A stretch of DNA of 64,000 nt. It comes from Blasia pusilla. Lineage: Eukaryota. This document shows positions 26,926 through 40,200 of this stretch, piece by piece. Numbering within the stretch: position 1 is the stretch's first letter; each line of letters opens with the position of its first letter. The notes under the pieces were generated by a model that made no database searches, had not been told where the DNA came from, and was given only the letters and a program-made list of their open reading frames with translations. The position numbers were made by a program, and so were the translations under genes. Where the stretch lies: NCBI GenBank assembly GCA_050084515.1, contig CM114271.1, forward strand, positions 13,454,001 through 13,518,000. Reading direction: 5' to 3'.

Positions 26926-28588
26926 GCCACTCCCCGTAAAACCTCTAGAGTTACTCTCGGGTTCACCACCTCGCCTCTCAAATTCCCGAACGGACGCCGT
27001 GATGACCCTCGTGCCCTTCTCACACGATCACTCTTGCCTCGCGTGTAATCCCTCAATCACTCATCCCAAATATGCGGCACTCGATCTACACTCTCCCTCC
27101 CCGAGACATGTAACGTGTGACAATAAGCGGCGTGGTGCGGCTAATCGACCAGGCTATCATCTCATCGACAATCTACCCTCAACTCCGAACATCTCACATA
27201 GGTCTATGTCCCCTAAATCACATACATAAATGATGCTCTCAGCATCCACACACCCAATATCCCCAAATAAACTACCCAAATCCCAGAATCCCTCACACGT
27301 GCAGGGTAAAGGACCAGAATGGGTAACCTGAACACATGTCGATGTCGCTCCTCAGCAACTGCGAATCTCGACCCCAACTCGGTCGTGGACCTCTAATCAG
27401 CAAGTCATACTCCTCCCGTACTGATGTTTCTCAAAACTCCTTGATAGACGGCGCAGTTCCAACGGAACGGTGCGGCGTTGCAGGCGGCACGGAACGGCTA
27501 CAAATGGCACGGCCCTCGATGATGGGATGCGGCACTCGACGTCATACCCTCCTCAATCAACAATAAACCCACACTCTGCTCCACAATGCCGGAGCGGCTC
27601 CGTGATCAAGACGGTGCGGTGCGGCCATGAGTGGCACAACGCGGCAATCGGCGGCGCGTTGCCGTTACGTGCGTCACGGCACGGTACCGATCGTCGTTGA
27701 GTGGCTACCAATCACAACATAGCAGCAAGAAATCAAAACTCAAACACTATAACATGAGGTCATATGCCATCACAAGTTGATGACGGTGGTGGCCAAAACA
27801 AAGTACGTGATGGCGACGCAAGTCCGAGAATCAACGAACGTTGTGGAAGACCCTCCACTCCGTAACGGTGGCAATCGCAACCAAGGGTGGACAACGGACG
27901 GTGGACCATTGACGGTGACGGTTGACGGTGACGGTTGACCATTGATGGTGATAGACAAACGGTGATAGTGACGGTTGAAAGTGACTATGATGGCGACGGC
28001 GACGGCCGCCGCTGGTGTGGCGGCTGGTTTAGGGTTTGCACAATTTAACCCTAAAAATCGCCTAGCAATACCAGTTTTGCAAGATTGACCATAACTTTTT
28101 GCTCGCAACTCCAAATTGCACATTGTTTGTTGCACAATGTGTACAGCTTCATGATCTACGCCAGCATCAAAAATATTTGGAATCGAACATTCCAGTAAAA
28201 ACTGACGGGGACTGTCATAAAGCCCAATGTCTCTTTCTTCTACCCAACATTCGGCAGCGCTTCCGCGATGATTCCTCCCAACAAAAATGTAAAACCTATA
28301 AAAATAAAAATCAGAAAGCGACATGGTGCTCCCAAAAGCACCGGCATGGGGCAACCCGCCCCCATACTCAATCCCTATGAGACGCGCCAGTCTTCCACAC
28401 GAAAAATTGGCAAATGCAAAGAACAATCCAAGCAACCCTTGCTCCAATGAGCACTCCCATGAACCGTTGAACGGGGAACACGGTCCCCAACCTGCAAAAA
28501 CAACAAGTGACCAGCGAGCTCCCCCATGAAGCTCTCTCACTCTCTCATTCTCGCATTCTCTCTTTCTCTCATTCTCTCATTCTCTCTT

Positions 28589-29101
28589 TGTAAAGTAAGA
28601 TCCAATCTCTCTCTACACAATCTCACACCAGAGCTCTCAAAGGTGCGCACTCTCTCTCATGTCAAACCAAACCCACTCTCTTAATGAGAGGCTTGGGTTA
28701 CACTCACAAGGCAAGGGACCATAGCTCCGCCGCTTCATGCCAAGAGGTTCAACAAAGAGAGAATGAACTCTCAAGCTCTCTCTCCTTGGGATATATACCC
28801 TTCCCCTCTCCCAAGCTCTCTCCATGGTAACATATTCTCCCAAGTCACCTCTTTGGCTCTTGACCTGATGTAGGAGGTCAAGGGCCACTTACTTGTAAAG
28901 TCGATCATATACTCAAAATGGTACTTACCTAAAATAGTAAGTTCCTCAATATGGCTCCAAATGAGCCAAAACAAAGGGGAAACCTGCTCTCTCAAGTTTC
29001 CCGGGGCCTCAGCAGGTCATCCTCGACCTCCTAGGCCTGTCCTCCACTACTCTTGGAGACCCTCTACTAGATCTCACCGATCTATCCTAAAGGACGTGAT
29101 A
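28589..29101 (-). repeat. 5' terminal repeat A1 (LTR-like)
   Basis: Direct repeat of 18942-19447; reads TATCACGTCC (A2 has TGTCACGTCC)...CTTACTTTACA. Confidence 0.93.
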
Positions 29102-32100
29102 GAGCATTGACAAGATGGTGGTCATGCCACTCCTCCAAGTGAGCGTCCATACTTGCATTTGGGGGATTCGAAAACCCAATCCAAAACAATTGCCACCACT
29201 CTATCCAAGATCCAGTTGATGTCGTTCATTTGGGTTAGAGACCGAGTCTAAGAAACACCCATCTCAACTATGGCTCCAAAAAATGTATCCCCGTCTAGAG
29301 GGTTCTTGGAACCACTCTTGAAGGTACCTCATCCAAACCCTCCTTCCCCTCATCCATGGAAAAAAATAGAAAGAAGAAGAAGAACAGTCCGTCGTGAAAC
29401 AACAAGCTTGTTGTTTCACAATGGACGATTTAAGGGCTTGGCCGCGTCTTACGTGAGTCTCTCTACCAAAGAGAAGGCTGAATCCAAGGATGAAAAATGA
29501 GAAATAAGGAAAATAAAGGGGCGGGGAGGTGGGGGAGTCCGAATTTTTTTTGCAACTTTGGTTTGGTACTTTCTTGCGATTCTGTTGAGGTTGTGTTGTG
29601 AATGTCTCCGTTAAGGTTTGTGCGAGTGCCTTTCGACTATCGTGCAAGCATTGGAAGATACAATATGGGTCCATTTTATGGCTATTGACAATCATATGGG
29701 GGCACAATTTTGAAGAGTTATAAGTTCAAATCAGTGCTCGTCAAAGTACTTACATGACACTCACAAATATAGAAATTGCAACTTTCTTGGAGCCGCAAAT
29801 GAGAGCCGCAATAGAGCCATAAATAGGACTTGAAACCATGATGAATTTTTTCTAAGTATTGAGTTCAAACTATCACACAAAAATCAAAAATTCTGATCTT
29901 TTCCCTACGTAAGCCATTTGGGACTTTATTTTCACAATTTTATTTCTTGTGGCTAGTCGTTTCCCATATCCTTTGCCTTCATATGTGACAAGATTTTGTG
30001 CTAGAAGAGGATTCCTGATTTTGAGTGGCGGCCACCAATTTTATCCCTAGAGTTTTAGCAACTCCTTGAGTGAGAGTAGGCTAGACATATCTGAGCATTA
30101 TGTGATTACCAAGAATAAGCTCAAGCTCATGCTTTCTACCAATCTTCTATGAAGGTGCACGAGCATGATGTTGGGGAGTCGTCTAAGCATAAATTCTTGT
30201 GTGTCTGCTCAGTATTAGATGTAAAGATGGTTGTTCATGCCGAAGGTGTTAGACCACATCACAATGCATGGTCAATATGATCCAAAACATCTCGTTCGCA
30301 CTTAGGTAATGATTCCCAGCTACAACTCTGATTAAGTGTTTTTCTTTCTTTGCACCTATTGTGGTGCAAGGCTAAGTATATGCCTACATGTGGAATTTGT
30401 AGCATGTATGCACCACAAGGTTGCATGTAGACAAAGTCCATATCCGTGGACTTATGTCCATCCTATGGAAGGACTTGTCCATATGACCCCACCTTTCCAT
30501 TCTTTCTCATTCCTCTTACTTGCCTTCGTGTTCCATACTCCCCCATTTCTTCCTCCCTCCACCTCCACTCCCTACTTCCTCATTGCTCCTCTCGTCCTTG
30601 CCTTGCCTTCCATCATGGACTAATTTTGTGGGTCCCATCTCTTGGAACCCATGTATGTGAACATGTCCAGTCTTGTCCGTCCATGTCCGTCCTAAGGAAG
30701 GACTTGTCTATTTTTGTGCAACCATGATGCACCATCACACGAAGGTGTAATGGAAAGACATCCTCCAAAACATAACTCAATGAAACCCTTTTGAATGCTT
30801 GTCCACGAACACGGATGTGTAAAATGGTTCTACTCTTGGACCTCTTCATGCCCCCATAGAACCATTGCCCCCTCCCTCCCAATGAGATTGAGATCGACCA
30901 ATGATCCCTAAGCATACGAGCCTCTCATATTAGCAATGTTGTAGGAACTGTCGAGTTTAATATTTTGATGATTAAGCGTATAGTTTGTTTCCCTAGAAGA
31001 CCAAATATCTCTTGTGAATGGATAATTTCTTCAAGAAAATTATGAATAATTTATTGTATCATCTCAACCCTCATATCTCTCAAGAATTGAGGTACTCTAA
31101 CTAAGAAAAGTAGTATCACTTCCTCCCTTGGTCAACATCTTCTCAAGTGGAAATGGAAATTATTCTAATTTAACTAAGAGAATCATATAATGATTAGATA
31201 TTAACAAGATGCCTCTCCCTATTTTGAGAACTTAATCAGTCCTCTCAAGTTCCTCTCGGTCTAATAGATTTCATACATTCCCATTACAGTACCCTCTCGC
31301 CCTCCACATAATTCACAACCAACAATTTCAATGCATCTTGCACACCCAATGAGATTAAGACTAACACCTCTACAGCTCGAGATATGAAATCGCATTCTCA
31401 ACTACTTCCATCGAAGATATATGGGGACCTCAAAAGATTACAAAGCTCAAGAAGCTACTTTGTCTTAAGCTTGGACCATTCTAACAACATATCTTTCTTG
31501 TTCTAGTCTCTTTCTAAATAGGAAAAATCAAAGGCCTTACATCATATATGAAATGTTCTTTCTTGCTATGTCTGTTAAGATAACTCCCTAACTACTTAAT
31601 CAAAGGTCTATCTTGGCCTAAGATCAATCCCACCAAATCCACTTGTTCTTTCCTAACGTTGCACCTCTTGGAAGCACCTTCCCCAAGTGTCGTTTCCTTC
31701 ATTAATCTTCATTGGTTCTTCCTTGGCTTTACAGTCCTCGTTAGAGAAGCCTTCGGTCTTCGCCCTGTATTAGTAAGTACTTTGTGCCTCTATCACATAG
31801 TCTTCGTGGCTTACTCTTTCCTACAAAGTACTTCATGACAAAGTATCATTGTAAAGTACTTTGCTTATTCTTTTTTTCAAAAAGCCTTTGCCAATTTTTG
31901 CCTTCCTAGTCTTATCCTACAATCTTTCTTAAACTTTCTTCTTGCAAAGACCTCCGCTCTTCATACATACAAAAGTCTTCCCCATTAGTATTTTTCCTCA
32001 AATCCTATTCACAAATTCTGACAAAAAATCCTCCCTACTTCTTGGAAAAAATTCTATTTTTACAAAGACTACTTCAACACTCTTCACAACTTCTGCCATT

Positions 32101-32609
32101 TATAGTTTCCCATTACAATAATTTTTATCCATACCATTACATCTTCTTAGGGATTTCCTTCTTAATAATTTGACCTCTTTTCACTTCTTCCATAAATTGA
32201 CCCTTCCAAAATACCACTATCCTCCACATGCACTCAACTTAACATCACACCTTCTTGTAGGAAAAGTCTTCGTCCTCATTGACCTCTTCTTCCTATCTTC
32301 AAAAGTCCATCCCCTCTTTTATTCAAAACTTGATTATACTTTACTCCTCATACTTTACTCCAAACTTCCTTCATCCTAATATTTGTATAACATAACCCTA
32401 ATTTCTATTTTAAATGTTTAATCGATTTTATTTTTTTAATGGTGGATACCAAAGGTACAAGACCTTGGGTATATACGCAAAATATATGACGTTTGCATCA
32501 TGCCTAGTAGAAGTGGACCTAATTGGTTGTTTCTGTAGAGTACTACATTAAGTGCAATGCAACCATATGGGAATGCCCATCTACCATCCATATTGGGGTA
32601 CCTATAGAG

Positions 32610-33080
32610 GTATGGGGTAGGAGATATATAGCAAAGAAATCTACCTTAGGTCCAAAGACCGGTCTTGGGATATTTGCACTAAACAAGATAGTATTTGTTG
32701 AGGGATGTGACGTGGATGCTTACTCCATCCAATTCCTTTATGTTGGAACTATTTACTCCCATACCGTATGGACGGAGTTGGTTCATACTTCTCTGTCATT
32801 TTTAGAGTATCTCTTTCCCCCCACACGATATTAGTGTGTGTAACTCTTGCCAACGAAAATATATAGACCGTAACCCCATAAATTGCGGTACTATAGCTTG
32901 ATACATTGAATCATCTAGGATGTATAATGATGGGAATCCCACGTGGGAGTACATAGAAGGCCAACACGAGTATTTTGGTTTGAGACAGGATGGGGATTTT
33001 TCCATTTCCAGTGTCAAGACCAAGACCATACACATAGGCGAGGAAATTTTTGTTTGTTATGACTTGGGAAAACCAAGATG
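32610..33080 (+). pseudogene. Relic intronless stand-alone SET domain
   Basis: AKKSTLGPKTGLGIFA...YVG...YIDRNPINCGTIA*YIESS...KTIHIGEEIFVCYDLG follows the SET motif order GxGLFA / IDA...GN-x-ARFINHS / I-x-x-GEEL-x-YDY. One frameshift and one stop. Confidence 0.6.
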
Positions 33081-33749
33081 AAATGTGTTTGTAACCTTTG
33101 TACATAAATGTAAAATGAAACGCACTATTTTTTACATATTTTGGTGGATATTTTTATAATCTTCCTATTTGGGTTTATAATGGCTAATTCCATTCTTTTT
33201 TTTAAGGCTTCCACCATCTTAGAGTCATCACGAGTTGGAGGACTTATTCATAGTGGAGGATGTCAATTTATTCTCATATAAGGAAGCACTTGCAACCAAA
33301 TTAGCCCCCTATAACCAGTTTGACATGGCATGGAGTTACCATATGGGAGGCCTTAAGGACCTGGGAGGATACACAAATAAATTCATGCGATATATCTCAC
33401 ATCAATATTTTAGAATCACAATAAAAACTATGTTTTTGGTGGACGAAGCATCAATCGACTTTGAGGAGCGAGTATAAGCCTTTAGGCACACATGAATCTA
33501 TTGGCCATATATGACATATCATCATGGTCGTCATCAGATTCTAGAGAGGGAGTTTGAGGAGATCAATAGTATGGCACATACCTGATGGAACATCCAATAT
33601 TATATTACATCCACTTATTATCCAAGAAATGCATCATTTAGCTAGAGTAGTGCACATAGAGGTGTTTAGCAATACATTTGTGAGTATGTTGTGCACATTC
33701 ATATTGATTGGTATATTGTGCATTTTCAAGTAAAGAGAGTATCATAGTT

Positions 33750-34750
33750 ATTGAAGATTGAGTTATAGTCAAGCTCATCGGACAAACAAACTGCTACATT
33801 TGATTCTCATACGAAGTAGGAAAGTTTCATATTGGTTAGTTAGTTAAGTATGATTATCTTAACGAGGATTAGTTAATTATGATTAGTATAACTAAAGACT
33901 ATGGTTAGGATTAGGGTTAAGGTCACTTGTACATACCCTATATAATTGATAAGGGGACCAATCTCCATTCATTCTCTCATTGCAAAATTTCGTTCTTCAT
34001 GGTAGTGAGTGTTTGTGAGAGTCATATACCATTAGTTATGCTTATTTAGCAGTTTCTATATGATATTAGAGCGATATGAGAACATCAATTGAAATTCTTG
34101 GTATTTGAGGAGAAAAGAGAGGCAAGAGAAGGAAAAAATTTAGTTTGAGGAAAGGAAATTCAGTCAGAGCTCAGTGGTAGAAGATTTTATGTGGAGCCAT
34201 GATGGTAAAAAAACTTCGTAAGTATTTTTTAAGGCTTCCGAGTCAATTCAAAAATTTGGGTCGGCATGCGTTAGAATGATGCCAAAGGCTAGTTTTGAAT
34301 GTCTTCTGTAGTTTATCGAGAGCTTTCCAGCATATCCAAAAATCATTCGATTTTGAAATTTTGAGCTCATGAAATAGCAATTTCAATGTGCGGAAGTGCA
34401 ACTAGTGAAGGAAAGTTGTGCAATTTGCTATCTACATGCTAATTTTGACTCGTTCTTCCATACAATTGGTCAAATTTGGCAAATTTCATGTCAATTTTAG
34501 CGCAAAAAAACTTTACGCTTTAATTGGAGCATTGGAGATCTTGAGATTACGATTTATGAGTAAATCGTTCTTCATGGGGTATTCCTCAACATCAATCACG
34601 GGCGAAAAGCTAGATGAGCATAATTATAATATCTCGAAGTTTAGTATGAAGCAATTTCTCATGGTTCAAGAAATACATGAGCTTATTATAGATGATGAGG
34701 TGAAGACAAAAGGTAACTCAAATCTGATTCAAAGTACTTAATGTTTGCTA
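33750..34750 (+). mobile_element. Decayed Ty1/Copia 5' end (LTR, PBS, start of gag)
   Basis: TGATATTAGAGC at 34061 is a decayed tRNA-iMet PBS (TGGTATCAGAGC); downstream GEKLDEHNY...MKQFL is a Copia gag N-terminus. LTR start approximate. Confidence 0.65.
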
Positions 34751-37221
34751 GAAAAGCCACAAGATGCTTCATATAAGTAAAATAGATATAAGAGAGAAAG
34801 CACACAAAAGTTATCTTTTGAATGATTTCTTCAAATCCTTCTCCATTCATTTACCTATTACTATAAATATATATTTTCAGAGAAGGAAAATTTCTTGTAG
34901 GAAGATCATAAATCCTGATTATTAAGATAACCTATTTGGTTAAAATTCTTGCATTTTGTCTTCACTAGATTTGAGAGAAAAAGGAAAAGATGTGAACAAC
35001 CCCAATTATGGAATAAAACATAAGGAAGACTAGTGTGGCCCCTTGTGAGTCCAATGGAGAGTGGGGTAGCACAACAACCGTATTATATGGTCTATGGGGC
35101 TATGCATGACAAATTGCATTATTCTCAGTTGGGTATGAGAGATAAAGCAACAAGAAAGCTCCAAATCCATTCAAGGCTCATAGTACGGGCAATAAATAAA
35201 GAAATAAACATAAAGAGCAATAAAACCCTTCAATCTAAATTTCCAATTAGGCTATGTGATTAGGAAAACTATTTTTTCCTTTCCACTTTAGTTGCCCTTA
35301 GCTACATACTAGACATAAGGCTTATAGGACATCTCATCTTATGTCTTGTCATCATCTATGATTCCACCTCATTGTTGCTAAGTTTTTTTCTCAAGGCGCT
35401 CACTCCTATAGTGACAAGTTTTAGTTCCACAATAAAATCCCTTGTGTATTTGCAAATTAGCCGCTCTTGGCCAAAATGGACTCGCAATTTAGCTTTCTCA
35501 ACCTCATAATCCCTAGTAATTACTCCTTGTCCCTACCTTTAAAAAAAAAAAAAAAAAAAAAAGAGGCATAATGCTCTTTCATAGTTATTGCACATTAAGA
35601 CCTTAGCTTTGTCACTGAGCCGGAAGGTTACTTCGGAACTTACTTTGGAGGTGCTATCAAAGATAAGATGTTATGCCCTAGTTGGATAGTGCTAGAGATT
35701 GGGATAGGTGTCGGAAGAGGAAGAAGGTATCGTGTGAGAGTAGGAAGACACTCTCATATAGTGTGAGTGAAGAACACACAAAGTGTTGGTGTAGAGCTTC
35801 AAAGTGTCAACCAGGAAACTCTTTACAACATTATCTACTTTACCAATTGGGATCCCCAATACACATAAGTGGCTGCTAGAACAAGTTTAGGTGTTGAATC
35901 TAGTCATAGCTCCGGGCCATTACTCCCCTTTTTTTAATTCTAAAGTCTATATTTTCCCCTCGTTTCAAACTATGACTAGTGCAATAGCTTTAGACAATGG
36001 AAACATATGTTGATAAGAACTTGTTCTCCTCTAGGCTTTTGGACTCTAATTTGCACATTACAAAAGAACAAAAATGCCTCAATTTAGAAAATGATGGAAT
36101 GCATCAACAAGAATCGGTTTATGAGGTTTACTCACACGAGGTAAGGTACGTGACTTGCAAGTAGTCCAGCTTTGTTAGGTTTGATCGAAATTATATATAT
36201 TTTTGCAATTTTTAAATAGTATGCCTTATTGACTAGTAAGGTGCCCGTGCCATGCACAGGAAATAAAAAGCTTAAGAGCTAGTGTATAGCCCGTGAAGGG
36301 AAGAGATTAATGACGCTGCACACAAATTCAAATTTTTTTCTTATTGCCAGACAATGTAATATGTCAGATAGAGAAGTGTTTGCAAATCAAGAAGGCACTC
36401 TCCCATTATATTATTATGATCACAACTTCATTAGAATTTTTTTCTCCTTAAAGTTTTCCAAACCTTATTGAGAAAAGAATTCTAATCTAATTTATTTACC
36501 CCACTCCATTCCATAAAAAAATATTAAAATGTGACTAAATATGGTGAAATCAACTCGTCATTTCCCTTTCATCGCACTAATCTTCTTACGATTCGAACAT
36601 AATGACAAAGAAAACGCTAATAAGCCCCTCGTTACACGTGACCTAGATTGTGGGAGACCGAGTGCTATAAAGGTCTCCCGGCCGCTAAGATGAAAGAAAA
36701 GCATTCTATTTGGAGTGTGGTCAAGCCAAATTGGGGGTGAACAGTGGAAGGCTGGGAACCGGTGATGACATGCTCTTGGGTGCCTTGATTTAGTGAGAAA
36801 AAAAAACCTCCCAAATGTTGGTGATGATTGTCACGTCAGCAGAGGACAAAGCACCACAACCACCGGCTGGAAGCTCAGTGAGCTAGGCAGTCAGCAAGGA
36901 GCCTCACTACTGCACCCAAAGAATTCCCAGTTGTCTAGTGCTCACTAGCCCAGGGAGGCGTACCAATCGGTTCCCTGTGATTGTTTTTTCCCTCTAATAG
37001 ATAACCGGGTTTGAATGAGAGTGGGGAGGGGTGACAGTGTCATTTGTTCTTCCCCATCCTCTCGTCCAGAGCTTCAAGTGTCGAAATTCAATTCTGGTTT
37101 TGTGGGTGGGTGTTATATGTTGATAGGTTGCAGACACTCAGGGATCAAATTGTGGTAGAAGCAATGCAGAGCTCGAATTTCTGAAGGTGTTTGTGGTTAA
37201 GGAGTGGAAAGCTTGGTAGCT

Positions 37222-40200
37222 ATGGATGATGAAATTTGCACACTTTGGGAGTGGGCACAGGCCCAGGGATGCAGGATGGCGAAGCTAGAAGTGAAAGGGA
37301 GAACAGTCCTGACTCGTGGAATTCTTGCAGCTGGTAGCCCTGTATTTTCGGTGGCTTTCTCCACACTGGTAGTCTCTCGCACTTTGCCTGTCTGTGAGAT
37401 GATCTGAGACGTCTGTTGTCAGCATTCGCCAGGTTCATTTGGGCAGGAAAAAGTGTCATGGAAACACCGCCCTAGACGGAAAATTGGGTGGTCTGTTTTA
37501 CCTTTTGACATATCTGCTGTGGTAGTAAAGTTTCTTTCGATACACTTCCCTACTAATCCAGAACCTCACTATCTTTTGCCTTTGTTCGGTCTGTTAGAGG
37601 CAAGCAAACAACTGCTCAATGATGAAATTAGGCTGGATTTGTGACCAACTTTCTTTCAGAGTTTTGGAGTATAGTTTTTTTTTGTTTTAGCGCTCCCCTA
37701 AATTTCGCCTTACATGGAGCTAGGTGGATGGCAGATGGGTTCGGATGGAAGCATATGAACCATTCATGAATTCAAAGTTTCTGGGCAGTTGACTTGTTGT
37801 TTGAATTATGTGTGCAGATGAATCTGGACGCAGCATTTAGTGACACAGCCTATGGCGAGGCATACAGAAAAGTGTCAGCGACCGGTGCCTCTGAGCGAAT
37901 TGTGTAAGCTTGCTATTCAAATTGTTTTGAAACTCGAACATGCTGTCCCTAGCAACTTCGAACCAGATTGCTATGTGCCTTTGCCCATCGCTGAAATGTA
38001 ACCTGTTTGCTATGCGAGCTACTGTTGATCGTTACAAATCTTCACTTGGTATCCAATTGAGAATCCCTGCACCACTCACTTTCAAGACCCCTTCATCGCT
38101 AGGTTATGTTGCAAATTCTTGGCTGCTTAACTACTGAAGTCCATCTTCTGCTTGGTTCAGAATGCTTCCAGGCTGATCGATCTAGCCCAGAGGTGTCAGA
38201 CCGAGACCCACGCAGTAGGGTACACAAGATTCGACAGTAGTCTTGGAGTTTTTTCATTTTAGCTTTTGCGTTGAGTTCGTAGTGCAGACAATCCATTTTT
38301 TTTAAACTTATTCTGATTCATCTGGTGAACTTGTGGTCGAAGCAATACGTCGCTCACAAACTCGTGAACTTCGTGCTCTGACTTATCCGTCAAATTTTTT
38401 CTCGGCCCTGGTTTGTTTTGTGTGACCTAGTTGCGGGCAAACTTGAGGTTCTTAACAAGTTCCCACTGGAGACAGCCCTTGTCTATTCAACTTAGCCATT
38501 GCAAATTCGGCGTTTTTGTGTGCTTACATGTAGTATTCGTCAGATACAATTCCGTTGAAGCTATCGAGTGAGTCAAAACCACCAATCGTGTTTACTTACG
38601 GCTGTTGCATCATTGGTGTGACCTAGCAGACTGACTCTCTTCGTTGCTGTGGAGAAAATCAAAGGAGAGCTCTCTTTCTGGGCCCCGTATCTTGCGTCTC
38701 TGCCAGCATCGTTTACTACACCATTGTGGTTCAAGTGGGTTATTTGAACTTCGATGTACATACGAACCCACAGTTCTGTCGTTGTGTCCACTCGAAGGTA
38801 AACATGGAAGTTATTTAGCGTTTCTAATTAGACTTACTGCCTCTCAGAGATGAAGAACTAGCTCATCTCCGAGGTACAAAAGTTGCGGCTTCACTGACCA
38901 AAGATCGTGCTGAGCTAGACCAGCTGGTTGCATCATGGGGACCAATGCTGCTTGCTAGTGCAGCTACGCTCAATGAAGACGAAGGTAAGGTCAAGCCTCC
39001 ATTTGTACTGCAGATGATGTAGTTAATTGTGGAAGGTTTTCAAGTATTAGAGATAGGGTCCTCTATGAATTTCTTTCTTAGCATGAATGCATCCCAGGTT
39101 CGACAAGATTGGCTTGGCACAGCATGGAACAGAAACTCTCAAAGAGAGTAATGATTGCATCAAGTGAAATGGTATGCATGGGAAGGCTTGCAAACAGAAA
39201 ATTTGTTATTTTCTCATAATGCTCTTCAAACTTTGCCTGGGTGTTATATCAAACTAGATGAGTTGCACCTTCCACACCCATGGAGGTTGATGGTTTTTGC
39301 AAAGTTTTCTACCTGCACTGGGGCCTACAATCCTGGCAGATCATTCAACCACTACCCATCAGTTCATGTGGTGGATGAAGTAAGTGATGATACACTTTTA
39401 CTGTTTGGATATGCTGTTCGGACCTATTGATTGAGGGTCAATGATCAGTGCTATGATTAGTTTTTCTCATCTCGTTCTTACACAGGAAATGGGTTGGATT
39501 GTTGCTTGTCAAAGAAGGGACTTTATGTGACATCAGAGTTTGTCCCTTTGCTGCTCAGAACTTCTCTAGTTTTACATAATTCAATGTATTGCTTCATGAC
39601 TGAATACAACCTCTGACAGAAATTAATGTCTGCTGTAACTGTATCATATTACGTTGGTGAATTCTTTGTATTAACGTAGCAGTTTGTCAGTCTATATGTC
39701 TGATGTACTCCCACTCCTTCGCAGTACCCATCATCCAGAGAGCAATACAACTGGAATCACTGCTTTGGGCTCGCACTGTCGTCCAGTCTAGAGCATTCAC
39801 GCTCTTACTTGGAGGCAGGCACACGGCATCGATGGTGCCTCTTTTTGATCTGCTCAATCATTCTCCCTCTGCACGGTTTGTTCCAGTCCTGAGTATATCC
39901 ATTAAGTGTGCAGTGCTTCAGTGTTTCAGAGAAGTAAGGATTTCTGTGGACTTACTCCTGCGAACAGTGACACAGCTGATATCGGTGCTATTGGCTCGAC
40001 CTGAGATTTAATCTCAAGCATTCATTCTCTTACTAGAAAGCAGATCTACAGCTTCAATAAAATTAATCTACTCAATCGTTCCAGTGGCAGAGTTTGTTCA
40101 AAATCTGAAATGCATTCATTTATTGTGTAGTGATTCAGTTCTTGAGTGACATAATATACTTCAGTCCACTTCTTAATTCTGTCACTGTTTTCAACATAAT

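Larger units (their letters stand above)
18816..29101 (-). mobile_element. Near full-length Ty3/Gypsy-type retrotransposon encoding a C5 DNA methyltransferase and a PHD finger, with A...B-A-B termini
   Basis: Domain order Gag-PR-DNMT-RT-RH-INT-PHD; A1 28589-29101, B1 19450-19576, A2 18942-19447, B2 18816-18942; PPT AGGGGGG at 19579-19585. A1 and A2 differ by roughly a dozen substitutions and one indel by eye. Confidence 0.95.

Noticed and set aside
27770-28540. 256-aa ORF in the 5' leader as env or an extra gene
   Set aside because: No recognisable motifs, partly low-complexity repeats, non-ATG start, and not evidently open in the homologous leader at 1850-2320.
18816-29101. Classification as a DIRS/PAT/Ngaro element because of the split repeats and a methyltransferase
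   Set aside because: No tyrosine recombinase was seen; it has a protease and an HHCC-DDE integrase, and its MTase is C5-type (PC, ENV), not the DIRS adenine-MTase type.
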